The notes beneath the pieces were generated by a model. That model saw only the letters and a list, made by a program, of their open reading frames with translations, did not search any database and was not told the DNA's origin. From Promethearchaeota archaeon (lineage in GTDB: Archaea > Asgardarchaeota > Lokiarchaeia > Sigyniarchaeales > SOKP01), in assembly GCA_019057865.1 (NCBI GenBank), contig JAHLWP010000018.1, positions 9,052 to 73,051 on the forward strand: a stretch of DNA of 64,000 bases, written 5' to 3'. The position numbers and the translations under genes were made by a program. Within the stretch, counting starts at the first letter, position 1; every line of letters begins with the position of its first letter. This document shows positions 30,184-40,757 of the stretch, piece after piece.

Positions 30184-31866
30184 GTGTCGGAACAAGAAGT
30201 TATAAGAGTAGGAGTATTTGTCTGTCATTGTGGTTCAAATATTGGAGGGCTTATTGATTGTAAAGCACTCGCAGAATATGCTAAAACATTACCTAATGTT
30301 GTATTTACTGAAGATAATCTTTATACATGCTCTGAAAATGGATTAGCTAGTATTAAAAATGCGATAAAAGAACACAATTTAAACCGAGTAGTTGTAGCTT
30401 CATGTACACCTAGAACACACGAACCTTTATTTCGCGAATGTATTTCAGAAGAAGGTTTGAATCCTTATCTTTTTAACTTTGTAAACATTAGAGACCAATG
30501 TACATGGGTTCATATGAAACATCCTAAGGAGGCATTCGAAAAGGCAAAAGATCTTATTAGAATGGGAGCTGCAAAAGCGGTAAAACAGGAACCTTTAGAT
30601 ATGATTATGATCCAGATTAATCCTAGCGCTTTAGTGATTGGTGGTGGGGTTACTGGAATGAGTGCAGCACTCAGTTTGAGTCGACAGGGATTTAAGACCT
30701 ATTTAGTTGAAAAAGAAGATAAATTGGGTGGCCGGTTGAATACACTTTATAAGCTATTTCCATACGATTTAGAAGCATCGGAATTTGTAGAAAAAATAAT
30801 AACTAATGTTAATATCGCTCAAAATTTAGAGGTTTTGACCTCATCAAGAGTGAAAAACATAGATGGTTTTATCGGCAATTATGAAGTTGAAGTTGATCAG
30901 AATGGTAATATTATTAATTTAACAGTAGGAGCAATTATAGTGGCTGTAGGTTCTTCGACACTTACACCTGAAGGCATGTTTGGATATGATGGCATAAAAA
31001 GAATAACTCAGTATGAGTTAGAAACTAAATTAAAAAATAATGATCTAAGGGCAAAGGAAATTGTAATGATACAATGTGTGGGATCTCGGAATGATGAGAG
31101 ACCTTATTGTTCAAGCATTTGCTGCATGACAGCTATAAAGAATGCGCTTATTATTAAAGAAAAATTTCCTTACGCGAATATTACGATATTATTTAGGGAC
31201 CTGTATACGCCAGGGACTGAGTATGAAGAATATTATAGGAGGGCAAGAGAGACAGGTCTGCTTTTCATTAAGTATGATCTTGATAGAATACCTGTTGTTG
31301 AGGAAAATCAAATAAGAGTTTATAATGAATATATTGGAGAAGAAATGATCTTGCCGTATGATCTTCTTGTCTTATCTAGTCCTTTAATTGCGAATAAAGA
31401 TAACAAGGAGCTTGCTCAGTTATTGAAAGTTCCCTTGGAAAGCAATAAATTTTTTTTAGAAGCCCATGTAAAATTACGGCCAAGCGACTTTGCAACTGAT
31501 GGAGTTTTTATTGGGGGCTCAGCAAAGTGGCCCGTGGATATCACAGAAGCTATAACACAAGGTTATGCTGCAGCCTCACGAGCGAGTACTATTTTATCTC
31601 ATGAGACCGTAAAAGTAGAGGGTGCTACATCAAGCTTACCAGAATATAATAAGAATTTATGTACAGGTTGTGAAGTTTGCATTAAGGTTTGTCCATATCA
31701 TGCAATAAGGAAAACAGAAGAAGATGAAATTGAAATTATTGAAGCATTATGTAAAGGTTGTGGTGTATGTGGTGCAACGTGTACAAATCAGGCCATTGTG
31801 ATAAAACACTTTACAGATCCACAAATTTTAGCTGAAATTTTTGTGTTTGGAGGTAAAGAAACATAA
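30184..31866 (+). CDS. hdrA: HdrA-family flavoprotein, stand-alone module B (N-terminal FeS domain + FAD + C-terminal ferredoxin)
   Basis: GVFVCHCG, ASCTPRTHE, EAHVKLRP, CKGCGVC. Confidence 0.88.
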   Translation: MSEQEVIRVGVFVCHCGSNIGGLIDCKALAEYAKTLPNVVFTEDNLYTCSENGLASIKNAIKEHNLNRVVVASCTPRTHEPLFRECISEEGLNPYLFNFVNIRDQCTWVHMKHPKEAFEKAKDLIRMGAAKAVKQEPLDMIMIQINPSALVIGGGVTGMSAALSLSRQGFKTYLVEKEDKLGGRLNTLYKLFPYDLEASEFVEKIITNVNIAQNLEVLTSSRVKNIDGFIGNYEVEVDQNGNIINLTVGAIIVAVGSSTLTPEGMFGYDGIKRITQYELETKLKNNDLRAKEIVMIQCVGSRNDERPYCSSICCMTAIKNALIIKEKFPYANITILFRDLYTPGTEYEEYYRRARETGLLFIKYDLDRIPVVEENQIRVYNEYIGEEMILPYDLLVLSSPLIANKDNKELAQLLKVPLESNKFFLEAHVKLRPSDFATDGVFIGGSAKWPVDITEAITQGYAAASRASTILSHETVKVEGATSSLPEYNKNLCTGCEVCIKVCPYHAIRKTEEDEIEIIEALCKGCGVCGATCTNQAIVIKHFTDPQILAEIFVFGGKET

Positions 31867-32627
31867 TGAGTTTTGAACCTAGAATATTAGGATTTTTATG
31901 TAATTGGTGTTCTTATGCGGGGGCAGATTTGGCAGGAGTAAGTAGAATTCAATATCCCCCAAATATTAGAGTAATTAGGGTTATGTGTAGCGGTCGAGTT
32001 GATCCTATATTTATATTTAATGCTCTTCAAATCGGAATTGATGGAGTAATAGTTATGGGATGTCACCCCGGTGATTGTCATTATCTTGAAGGGAATTATG
32101 AAGCTGAAAAGAAATATGAAATGGTTAAGGAATTCCTTAAAATCGCTGATTTTGATAGGAGGATAAGATTAGAATGGGTATCTGCTTCTGAAGGTGTTAG
32201 ATTCGGTCAAGTTGTTGCAGAATTTACTAATTCAATCCGAGAACTTGGACCCTCTCCACTTAGCGGAGAAAATATTGATAATGAATTACTAGAAAAGTTA
32301 AAGGCGATGGAAGCAGCAGCTGCAAGTAATAGGATGAGAGCATTAGTCGGAAGACAAAGAAAAATTACCGAAGAAGAAAATGTATATGGAGAAAAAGTAT
32401 CGGAGGAAAAATTTAATAAAATATTTTACTCAGCTATTAATGTCGAATATGAGCGGCATCGAGTTTTATTTGCTTTAGAAAAAGATCCCAAATCAGTAAA
32501 GGATTTAGCTGTTGAATTAGGATTAGATCCAAGTGTAGTTTTAGAGCACATGTTAATTTTAAAAGGTCGAAGTCAAGTAGACTTTCAACAGATTATAGGA
32601 AATACACCAATTTTTATGAGAATATAG
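31866..32627 (+). CDS. mvhD: MvhD/FlxD [2Fe-2S] subunit with ~120-aa C-terminal extension ending in a wHTH-like segment
   Basis: FLCNWCSYAGADLAG, MCSGR, GCHPGDCHY; tail KSVKDLAVELGLDPSVVLEHM. Confidence 0.85.
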   Translation: MSFEPRILGFLCNWCSYAGADLAGVSRIQYPPNIRVIRVMCSGRVDPIFIFNALQIGIDGVIVMGCHPGDCHYLEGNYEAEKKYEMVKEFLKIADFDRRIRLEWVSASEGVRFGQVVAEFTNSIRELGPSPLSGENIDNELLEKLKAMEAAAASNRMRALVGRQRKITEEENVYGEKVSEEKFNKIFYSAINVEYERHRVLFALEKDPKSVKDLAVELGLDPSVVLEHMLILKGRSQVDFQQIIGNTPIFMRI

Positions 32628-32639
32628 CGGGGAAAAAGA

Positions 32640-35600
32640 ATGGAAAAAGTGGGAGCTGTTATGGTTATAGGTGCTGGAATTGGTGGGTCTCAAGCCGCTT
32701 TAGATCTAGCTGATTCCGGTTATAAAGTCTATTTAATTGAATCTACAACAAGTATTGGAGGAGTAATGGCACAGTTAGATAAAACATTCCCTACAAACGA
32801 CTGTGCTATGTGTATAGTAAGTCCAAAGCTAGTTGAGACAGGACGTCACCAGAATATAGATTTAAGTATTAATTGTAAAATTTTAGATGTATCAGGAGAA
32901 GCTGGTAATTTTAATGTAAAAGTATTAAAGAAAACACTATATATAAACCTTGAAAAATGTACTGGATGTGGAGTCTGTGGTCGCGAATGTCCTGTGGAAG
33001 CAATTGATATATTCAATGAAGGATTAGCAAAATATGCTGCAACATCAGTTAAATATCCGCAAGCAGTACCTCTTGTTTTCGCTATTAATAAAGATTATTG
33101 TATCGGCTGTGGAATATGCCAAGGAGTTTGTAAAGCCAAAGCAGTAGAATATGACCGAGAAGATGAAGAAGTTGATATTAATGTTGGAGCAATAATTTTA
33201 GCTCCTGGTTTTGATGAATATATTCCACCAGAAGCTAATTTATATGGATATGGAAAGTATAAGAATGTAGTAACTAGTATAGAGTTTGAACGTATTTTAA
33301 GTGCTAGTGGTCCATATGCAGGTAGGGTTTTACGTCCTTCAGATGGGGATATTCCTGAAAAATTAGCTTTTCTCCAATGTATTGGTTCTCGTGATTATAC
33401 AGGAAATGGACAACCATATTGTTCTTCAGTTTGTTGTATGTATACAGCTAAAGAGGCAGTAATTGCCCATGAGCATATGCATCAAATAAAACCGACGATC
33501 TTTAGTATGGACGTAAGAGCTTATGGAAAAGATTTTGATAAATATATTATTAGAGCCCAAGAGGAATATGGGGTTCAATATATAAGAAGTCGTATCTCAT
33601 CTATAAAAGAAGTACCAGAAACTAAAGATTTAAGGATAAGATATGAAACTGAAGATGGAAAAGTAATGGAAGAAGATTTTCAAATGGTAGTCCTTGCTGT
33701 TGGGTTAAATCCTCCTAATGATAATAAATATCTCGCAGAAAAGTATGGTATTGAATTAAATGAATTTGGGTTTGCTAATACTGACAAATTTAACCCAGTT
33801 CAAACATCAAGATCAGGAATCTATGCATGTGGAGCTTTCTCATCTCCTAAAGATATTCCTGATACAGTAACCCAAGCTAGCGCGGCTGCAGGTTGTGTTA
33901 ATCAACTTTTATATGAAAAAAGAGGGACATTAATTACAGAAAAAACTCTACCTCCTGAAATTTATGTAAATGGACAACCACCTAGAATTGGTGTATTTAT
34001 CTGTCATTGTGGAATTAATATTGGTGGCTATGTGGATGTTCCAGAAGTGACAAAATATGCCACTACTCTCCCTAATGTAGTTATGGCAGATCGTAATCTA
34101 TATACTTGTTCAGCAGATACTCAGACGATAATAAAAGATAAGGTAAAGGAATATTATCTTAATCGTGTTATTGTTGCATCATGTACTCCTAGAACACATG
34201 AACCTTTATTTCAAGAGACCATTAGAGAAGCAGGATTAAATAGGTATTTATTTCAAATGGCAAATATTAGAGATCAATGTTCTTGGGTACATATGAACGA
34301 GCCAGAAAAGGCTACAGAAAAGGCTAAAGACTTAGTAAGAATGGCAGTAAATAAAGCGAGAGAAATAGAGCCTATTGAAAGGATAAAATTACCAGTTACT
34401 CCTAAAGCACTGGTTGTTGGAGGAGGAATAAGTGGTATGGTTGCCGCTCTTAATTTTGCTAGCCAAGAATATGATACATTTTTAGTTGAAAAGCAAGGAG
34501 AATTAGGAGGGTTTGCTAGACATATATATCATACACTTGAAGGAGGCAATGTTCAAGAATTTTTAGCTGATTTAATAGAAAAAGTAAAATCGAATAAATT
34601 TATTCATGCATATACAGATGCAGAAATAGAAAATATTGAGGGATATATTGGCAATTTCAAGACTTCAATTATCCATGGAAAGAATAAAGAGCAAGTAGAA
34701 TTCGAACATGGAGTGGTTATTGTTGCAACAGGCGCAAAAGAATATCAACCTAAAGAATATCTATATGGGCATAATGATAAAGTAATACTCCAATCTGAAT
34801 TCGAAGAGATGTTAAACATGGATAAGGGGAAGAATAAAAAATCAGTTGTAATGATTCAATGTGTAGGGTCAAGAAACGATGATCATCCTTATTGTAGTAA
34901 AATGTGCTGTGCTGAAGCAATTAAAAATGCGCTATTAGCCAAAGAAAAAAATCCAGATGTAGAAATAACAGTATTGTTCCGAGACATCCGCACTTATGGA
35001 TTTAAAGAAAAATATTATCGTAAAGCACGCGAAAAGGGAGTTATTTTCCTACAATATGATGAAAATAATCCTCCAGAAATAATTCCAGAAGATTCACAAT
35101 TAAGAATTGAAGTTTCTACACCAAGAAAAGAAAAAATATATATTAATTCTGATTTATTAGTTTTAAGTGCTGGAATATATGCAAACCGAGAGGAAAACGA
35201 AGATCTTGCCAAGATGTTGAAAGTTCCTCTTAATGATGATAATTTCTTTTTAGAAGCTCATGTTAAGCTACGCCCTGTTGATTTTGCCACCGAAGGCGTA
35301 TTTGTAGCAGGTTTAGCACATTGTCCAAAGACAATCGAAGATTCTATTGCCCAGGCAAATGCTGCAGTTTCAAGAGCTTGTACTATACTGTCTAAAGATG
35401 AAATAGAAGCTGAAGGTAAGACTGCCATGGTTATTCCAGAAAGATGTATTGGGTGTGGTATGTGTGTAGAGAATTGTGCATATAACGCAATAGAGTTAAT
35501 TGATGACCGAAGGTTTGGAAGAATTGCCCAAATTAACCAAGTGTTATGTAAAGGCTGTGGGGCTTGCTCAGGAAATTGTAGATGTGCTGCGATAGATGTT

Positions 35601-35651
35601 CTAGGCTTCTCGGGTGAACAAATATTTGCGATGATAACTGGGAGGTGCTAA
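32640..35651 (+). CDS. hdrA: Large two-module HdrA (A+B fusion)
   Basis: Two FAD-binding motifs, DKTFPTNDCAMC, internal GVFICHCG, C-terminal ferredoxin. Confidence 0.9.
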   Translation: MEKVGAVMVIGAGIGGSQAALDLADSGYKVYLIESTTSIGGVMAQLDKTFPTNDCAMCIVSPKLVETGRHQNIDLSINCKILDVSGEAGNFNVKVLKKTLYINLEKCTGCGVCGRECPVEAIDIFNEGLAKYAATSVKYPQAVPLVFAINKDYCIGCGICQGVCKAKAVEYDREDEEVDINVGAIILAPGFDEYIPPEANLYGYGKYKNVVTSIEFERILSASGPYAGRVLRPSDGDIPEKLAFLQCIGSRDYTGNGQPYCSSVCCMYTAKEAVIAHEHMHQIKPTIFSMDVRAYGKDFDKYIIRAQEEYGVQYIRSRISSIKEVPETKDLRIRYETEDGKVMEEDFQMVVLAVGLNPPNDNKYLAEKYGIELNEFGFANTDKFNPVQTSRSGIYACGAFSSPKDIPDTVTQASAAAGCVNQLLYEKRGTLITEKTLPPEIYVNGQPPRIGVFICHCGINIGGYVDVPEVTKYATTLPNVVMADRNLYTCSADTQTIIKDKVKEYYLNRVIVASCTPRTHEPLFQETIREAGLNRYLFQMANIRDQCSWVHMNEPEKATEKAKDLVRMAVNKAREIEPIERIKLPVTPKALVVGGGISGMVAALNFASQEYDTFLVEKQGELGGFARHIYHTLEGGNVQEFLADLIEKVKSNKFIHAYTDAEIENIEGYIGNFKTSIIHGKNKEQVEFEHGVVIVATGAKEYQPKEYLYGHNDKVILQSEFEEMLNMDKGKNKKSVVMIQCVGSRNDDHPYCSKMCCAEAIKNALLAKEKNPDVEITVLFRDIRTYGFKEKYYRKAREKGVIFLQYDENNPPEIIPEDSQLRIEVSTPRKEKIYINSDLLVLSAGIYANREENEDLAKMLKVPLNDDNFFLEAHVKLRPVDFATEGVFVAGLAHCPKTIEDSIAQANAAVSRACTILSKDEIEAEGKTAMVIPERCIGCGMCVENCAYNAIELIDDRRFGRIAQINQVLCKGCGACSGNCRCAAIDVLGFSGEQIFAMITGRC

Positions 35652-35655
35652 AAAG

Positions 35656-36108
35656 ATGACTTTACAAACAAAACAAGAAGAAAATATAAATGAAGAATGG
35701 GAACCAAAAATTATAGCATTTTTATGTAATTGGTGTTCCTATGCCGGAGCAGATTTAGCGGGAGTTAGTAGAATTCAATATCCTCCTACTATTAGAGTTG
35801 TGAGGGTTCCATGTTCGGGTAGAGTAAACCCATACTTTATTATTAAGAGTTTGATGGATGGGTGGGATGGAATTGTTGTTTCAGGTTGCCATCCTGGAGA
35901 TTGTCATTATCTGACAGGAAATTTAGTAGCAAGAAGGCGATTTGCTATTTTAAAAGAATTATTAGAATTTTTCGGTATAGAGCCAGGAAGAGTTAATTTT
36001 ATGTGGGCTTCTGCTGCTGAGGGTGAACGTTTTGCTACTTTAATTAAGAAAGCTACAAATATAGTTAAAAAATTAGGACCAAATAAAAAATTTGAAAAGA
36101 AGTGGTGA
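35656..36108 (+). CDS. mvhD: MvhD/FlxD [2Fe-2S] subunit
   Basis: FLCNWCSYAGADLAG, PCSGR, GCHPGDCHY. Confidence 0.9.
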   Translation: MTLQTKQEENINEEWEPKIIAFLCNWCSYAGADLAGVSRIQYPPTIRVVRVPCSGRVNPYFIIKSLMDGWDGIVVSGCHPGDCHYLTGNLVARRRFAILKELLEFFGIEPGRVNFMWASAAEGERFATLIKKATNIVKKLGPNKKFEKKW

Positions 36109-36113
36109 TGATT

Positions 36114-37133
36114 ATGGGAATTGAGGCCGAAAATCAGGAAATCGAAAATTCAGTCAGGGAAATAGCAAGAAAACTACTTAAAGAGAAAGAAGTAGATGTT
36201 ATAATTGGGTATACGAAGGGGACAGTTCCCTTAAGCTCTGCACCAATAATGATAACTAAAGAGGAAGAGGTTGATAAATTAATTTGGAATAATCTATGCT
36301 ATGTAAATTTAGCTAAATATCTAGTGCCTAGAATACCTCAACTCATTGATCCTGAAAAAGGAGATTTGAAAGTAGGAATAGTGTCAAAGGGTTGTGTTGG
36401 ACGAGCATTAATTCATTTATCAGTGGAAAATCAAATTAATCTAGAAAATATTAAGATGATTGGAATCCCGTGTAATGGTATAATAAATCGAAGAAGAATC
36501 GAAAAGGAGATTGGTGAAAAAGAGATTTTAGAAGTTTTTACATCTGAGAATGATATAGTTGTAAAAGGAAAGGATTTTGAACATAAATTTTCTTATGACG
36601 ATTATATCAATGAATTATGTAAGGTTTGTAAAATTAAGTCTCCTCCAACATTAGCAGAATTAGCAGAAACATGTATTGGTGAATGTAAAGAAATAAGTTC
36701 TGTAGATGATGATTTTGAGGATTTAACAGAATTTGAATCAAAATCATCTGAAGAGAAATGGGAATATATTAAAGATTCATTAGAGACATGCACTAAATGC
36801 TATGCTTGTAGAGAGGCATGTCCAATGTGTTATTGTAATTTATGTTTTGTTGATCAGAATAAACCAATTTGGTTTGGAAAAACAACAGATTTATCTGATA
36901 TAATTGTATTTCATTTAGTTAGAGCTATGCATTTAGCGGGTCGATGTGTAGCATGTGGCGCGTGTAGTAGTGTTTGCCCTATGGGAATTGATTTAAATTT
37001 AATTACAAGGAAATTAGAAAAAATAGTAAAAGAAAGATTTAATTTTACATCTGGTATAGATTACAAGAAAGTTCCACCCATGATGGATTTTAGGATGGAT
37101 GATGCAGAAGAATTTATGCTAGAAGAAGATTAA
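36114..37133 (+). CDS. flxC: FlxC-like (FdhB-related) 4Fe-4S protein
   Basis: VDVIIGY, CTKCYACREACPMCYC, HLAGRCVACGACSSVCP; position in the flxDCBA order. Confidence 0.72.
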   Translation: MGIEAENQEIENSVREIARKLLKEKEVDVIIGYTKGTVPLSSAPIMITKEEEVDKLIWNNLCYVNLAKYLVPRIPQLIDPEKGDLKVGIVSKGCVGRALIHLSVENQINLENIKMIGIPCNGIINRRRIEKEIGEKEILEVFTSENDIVVKGKDFEHKFSYDDYINELCKVCKIKSPPTLAELAETCIGECKEISSVDDDFEDLTEFESKSSEEKWEYIKDSLETCTKCYACREACPMCYCNLCFVDQNKPIWFGKTTDLSDIIVFHLVRAMHLAGRCVACGACSSVCPMGIDLNLITRKLEKIVKERFNFTSGIDYKKVPPMMDFRMDDAEEFMLEED

Positions 37134-37147
37134 AAAGGTGATAAAGA

Positions 37148-38209
37148 ATAAACCAAAAATTATTAATGAAAAATGAAATAGGGAAGCTTTATATTGAATT
37201 GGGGGAAGAATATAGTTTCTATGCTCCAATAAAGGAAAAGGGAAATTTAGTGTTTAAAAAAATCTTAAATCCTGATGATATTATATTAGATTACTTTAAT
37301 TCAAAAGTTCCACCAAAAGAAATCTTGTTTCCAAAAACGGAAGTATTATTCGAATATAAAACTGATGGAAAAGAGGTAACGGAGATTATTGAAAGAAAAG
37401 ATTTAGACAAGAAGAACATCATTTTTGGAATTAGACCATGTGATGCTCATGCATTTGTGCTTATGGAAAACTTTTTTGCATTGGGGGATTATCAAGATGA
37501 GATCTTTTTGAAGAAAAGAGAAAATTCTATCATAATTGGAGTTGGTTGTAATAATCCGAAGAACACCTGTTTTTGCACCTCAGTAGAAGGTCACCCTTTT
37601 CAAAAAGATGATATGGATATCTTTTTGGTAGATTTAGGTGAAAAATATTTAGTTGAGGCAATAAGTGAAAAAGGTAGAGATTTAATGAATAAATTACCAT
37701 GGCTGAAGAATGCTACTAAAAAGGATATTCAAAAAGCCACAGAATTATCTAAACAAGCAGAAGAATCCATTGTAACTAAATTAGATTTAAAAGATATTGA
37801 AAAAGTTCTTGATCCTAATTTTGATCATCCAATATGGAGAGAAGTCAGTGAAATTTGTATAGGATGCGGTACATGTTCTTTCTTATGTCCAACATGTACC
37901 TGTTTTGATGTTATTGATGATAATGATCAATACAATAATCGAGGTAGAAGAATTAGAATTTGGGATACTTGCCAATTCTGTCTATATTCACTTCATACAA
38001 GTGGTCATAATCCTCGAGATAGCTGTATTGAACGCTGTAGAAATCGAATTTTACATAAATTTTGCTATTATCCTGAGAATTATAACACATTAGGTTGTGT
38101 TGGATGTGGTCGGTGTATTCAACTGTGCCCTGTTAATAATGATCTTAGAACAATTATTGAAAAAATTAAGAAAATTGAACAAAAAAAGGAGGAGAAAATA
38201 AGTGCCTAA
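37148..38209 (+). CDS. flxB: FlxB/AsrA-like 4Fe-4S protein (probable ATA start; first ATG at 37166)
   Basis: GIRPCD, CFC, CIGCGTCSFLCPTCTCF, CVGCGRCIQLCP. Confidence 0.75.
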   Translation: MNQKLLMKNEIGKLYIELGEEYSFYAPIKEKGNLVFKKILNPDDIILDYFNSKVPPKEILFPKTEVLFEYKTDGKEVTEIIERKDLDKKNIIFGIRPCDAHAFVLMENFFALGDYQDEIFLKKRENSIIIGVGCNNPKNTCFCTSVEGHPFQKDDMDIFLVDLGEKYLVEAISEKGRDLMNKLPWLKNATKKDIQKATELSKQAEESIVTKLDLKDIEKVLDPNFDHPIWREVSEICIGCGTCSFLCPTCTCFDVIDDNDQYNNRGRRIRIWDTCQFCLYSLHTSGHNPRDSCIERCRNRILHKFCYYPENYNTLGCVGCGRCIQLCPVNNDLRTIIEKIKKIEQKKEEKISA

Positions 38210-39041
38210 TCCGTATATCCCCTTGCTTACCGAAGTTAAAAATATTGTTTCGGAAAATGAAGTAAATGACATAAAAACTCTTGAATTGATATTTAAGAAA
38301 GAAGAAGATTTAAAAAGTTTTAAATACATTCCAGGACAATTTGCTGAAATAAGCTTAATAGGAAAGGGGGAATGTCCTATTGGTATAGCCTCTTCGCCAA
38401 CAGAAACAGGCTCAATCATGTTTACAATAAAAAAGATGGGAACTGTAACTACAGGATTTCACTATTGTGATATGGGAGATATTGTAGGAGTAAGAGGTCC
38501 TTTAGGTAATGGCTGGCCAATTGAAGAAATGGAAGGCAAAAATATCATGGTCATCGGGGGCGGATTTGCATTTTCAACTTTGCGATCTCTAGTCGTGTAT
38601 TTGCTAGATGAAAAATATAGAAACAATTATAAAGATATTACTGTGATTTATGGCAATCGTGATTCTGGTGAAGTATTATATAGAGATATCCTTGAAGAAT
38701 GGGAACAAAGAGAAGATATTAAAGTAGTTCTAACAATTGATCGCGAAGAGGAGGGATGGACCCGCGAAGTTGGATTTGTTGCGGCAATAGTTAAGAAGGT
38801 TGCTCCATCTCCTGATAACGCTATGGCGGTAGTCTGTGGGCCGCCCATAATGATTAGGACTGCCGTGGCTGAATTGGTAAATCTAGGTTGGAAGGACGAG
38901 CAAATTTTAAATTCATTAGAGATGAGAATGAAGTGCGGAATTGGCAAATGTGGAAGATGTAATATCGGTAATAAATTCGTCTGTATTGATGGACCAGTGT
39001 TCTCTCTGGCAGAGCTTAAAAAAATGCCAAATGAATATTAA
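38202..39041 (+). CDS. flxA: FlxA/AsrB/PyrK-like FAD/NAD-binding [2Fe-2S] protein
   Basis: PGQF, RGPLGNGW, GGG, CGPPIM, MKCGIGKCGRC..VCIDGPVF. Confidence 0.8.
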   Translation: MPNPYIPLLTEVKNIVSENEVNDIKTLELIFKKEEDLKSFKYIPGQFAEISLIGKGECPIGIASSPTETGSIMFTIKKMGTVTTGFHYCDMGDIVGVRGPLGNGWPIEEMEGKNIMVIGGGFAFSTLRSLVVYLLDEKYRNNYKDITVIYGNRDSGEVLYRDILEEWEQREDIKVVLTIDREEEGWTREVGFVAAIVKKVAPSPDNAMAVVCGPPIMIRTAVAELVNLGWKDEQILNSLEMRMKCGIGKCGRCNIGNKFVCIDGPVFSLAELKKMPNEY

Positions 39042-39083
39042 ACTAATTGATTAAAGAGGAAAAAGAAAAGAGGTTAAAAAAAA

Positions 39084-40193
39084 ATGGTTGAAGAAGTTCT
39101 ACCTAAATCTTTTGAAGATTTAATAAAAGATGTCCATGAACCAGGTATTTGTGGAGAATGTGGGGGATGTGTTAGCTTTTGCTCGGCTCATGAGATAAAA
39201 GCAATTGAGATGTCCGAAACAGGACCTCCAAGATATTATAATAAAGATAATTGCCTAAAATGTGGGATTTGTTATTTAGTATGCCCTCAAACTCACATCT
39301 TAGATAATGAATTAAATGATAAGTATCATTATAAAGTATCTATTGGTAATTGGACAAAAATTGCATCAAGTCAAGCCGCTTCAGAGGAAATTAGGAGAAA
39401 TGCAACAGATGGTGGTGTTGTAACTGCGATTTTAATGTATTTATTAGATAAGAACTTAATAAACGGAGCTATTGTCTCAAAAAGAGAAGGTCCATTTAAT
39501 AGAGTTCCTTTCTTCGCTACAACGAAAGAGGAATTAATAGAAGCTGCAGGATCTCACTATGAAATCTCACAGGGAGTTGTAAGCTTAGAGAAATATAATT
39601 CATTTGTACCCTCGATCACAAAACTAAAAACAGTTGTGAGTTCTGATGCAATGAGCATTGCTGTTGTTGGTACACCATGTCAGATAAATTCTATTAGAAA
39701 GATGCAAGAATTAAGCATTTTACCTGCTCATATAGTAAAATATACATTTGGCTTATTTTGTAATTTAAATTTCTCATTTAACGCTGAAGCTCGTAAAAAA
39801 TTAGAAAAGCGGTTTGATTTTTCTTTTGATGATGTAGAAAAATTAAATATTAAGGAAAATTTGATCGTGCAGCTTAATGACGGTAAAACAAAAGATATTG
39901 ATTTTAAGGATGTTCACGAATTTGCAAGACCTGCATGTTTTGCATGCCGGGACTTTTCTAATGTATACGCAGATATATCATTTGGAGGTTTAGGATCTAA
40001 TGATGGATACACAACCGCGATAATTAGGACAAAAACAGGTGAAGAAATATATAATAATGCTCTTAGAGAAGGATATATACAAGAACCTCCTGATCTAAAT
40101 ACTTCTGTTAAAAAATCAGAGATGCTTGCTAAAGTTATTAGTTTCGGAAAAAGAAAGTTCCAAAGGTATAAAGAAGCTTTAAAAGAAAGGTAA
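39084..40193 (+). CDS. Coenzyme F420 hydrogenase/dehydrogenase beta-subunit (FrhB/FpoF-like) with N-terminal ferredoxin
   Basis: CGECGGCVSFC, DGGVVTAIL, AAGSHY, VGTPCQ, GLFC, CFACRDF..ADISFGGLGS. Confidence 0.88.
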   Translation: MVEEVLPKSFEDLIKDVHEPGICGECGGCVSFCSAHEIKAIEMSETGPPRYYNKDNCLKCGICYLVCPQTHILDNELNDKYHYKVSIGNWTKIASSQAASEEIRRNATDGGVVTAILMYLLDKNLINGAIVSKREGPFNRVPFFATTKEELIEAAGSHYEISQGVVSLEKYNSFVPSITKLKTVVSSDAMSIAVVGTPCQINSIRKMQELSILPAHIVKYTFGLFCNLNFSFNAEARKKLEKRFDFSFDDVEKLNIKENLIVQLNDGKTKDIDFKDVHEFARPACFACRDFSNVYADISFGGLGSNDGYTTAIIRTKTGEEIYNNALREGYIQEPPDLNTSVKKSEMLAKVISFGKRKFQRYKEALKER

Positions 40194-40757
40194 TAATCTA
40201 ATTTTTTTTTTATTTAGATGATTGTTTCTATAAAAATTCGTATTCTAAATTGAGATTAAGGAAATAAAATTGATAGGTTTTGTTCAAAAGGCAACTAATT
40301 TCAGATAAGATCGATTTTTTTTATACAATTTTGTAACCTTATAATTATTCTGATATATTAAATCTTAGATTTTTTATGTTATCTGTCGGATATATTACAA
40401 ATTTCATTATCACAATTTTGTTTTAGATAAAATTTGTACATTATTGTCTATCGGAAAGGATGATTTTTTCATAATTTTTTTTTATTTTCGATAATATAAT
40501 TTTAATTTATGGTCGCTTTTGAGCATTTTGTTCCTTTGTGATCGCCTTTTTCATACAAGTTTCTCGGATGCAGCATTTTTTGGATTAAAAACGTTCGATT
40601 CTGAAAATTGAATAGTGTATTTATGATCGAGATCGATCATTTCATTTAAATAGGTAATTTTCTTATAAAATTACAGTATAAAAAAAAAAAAAATTACATT
40701 AGAATTTATTTTTGAGGATTATTTTTAGCGATAATGAAAGTTTTAAGGTGATATATT

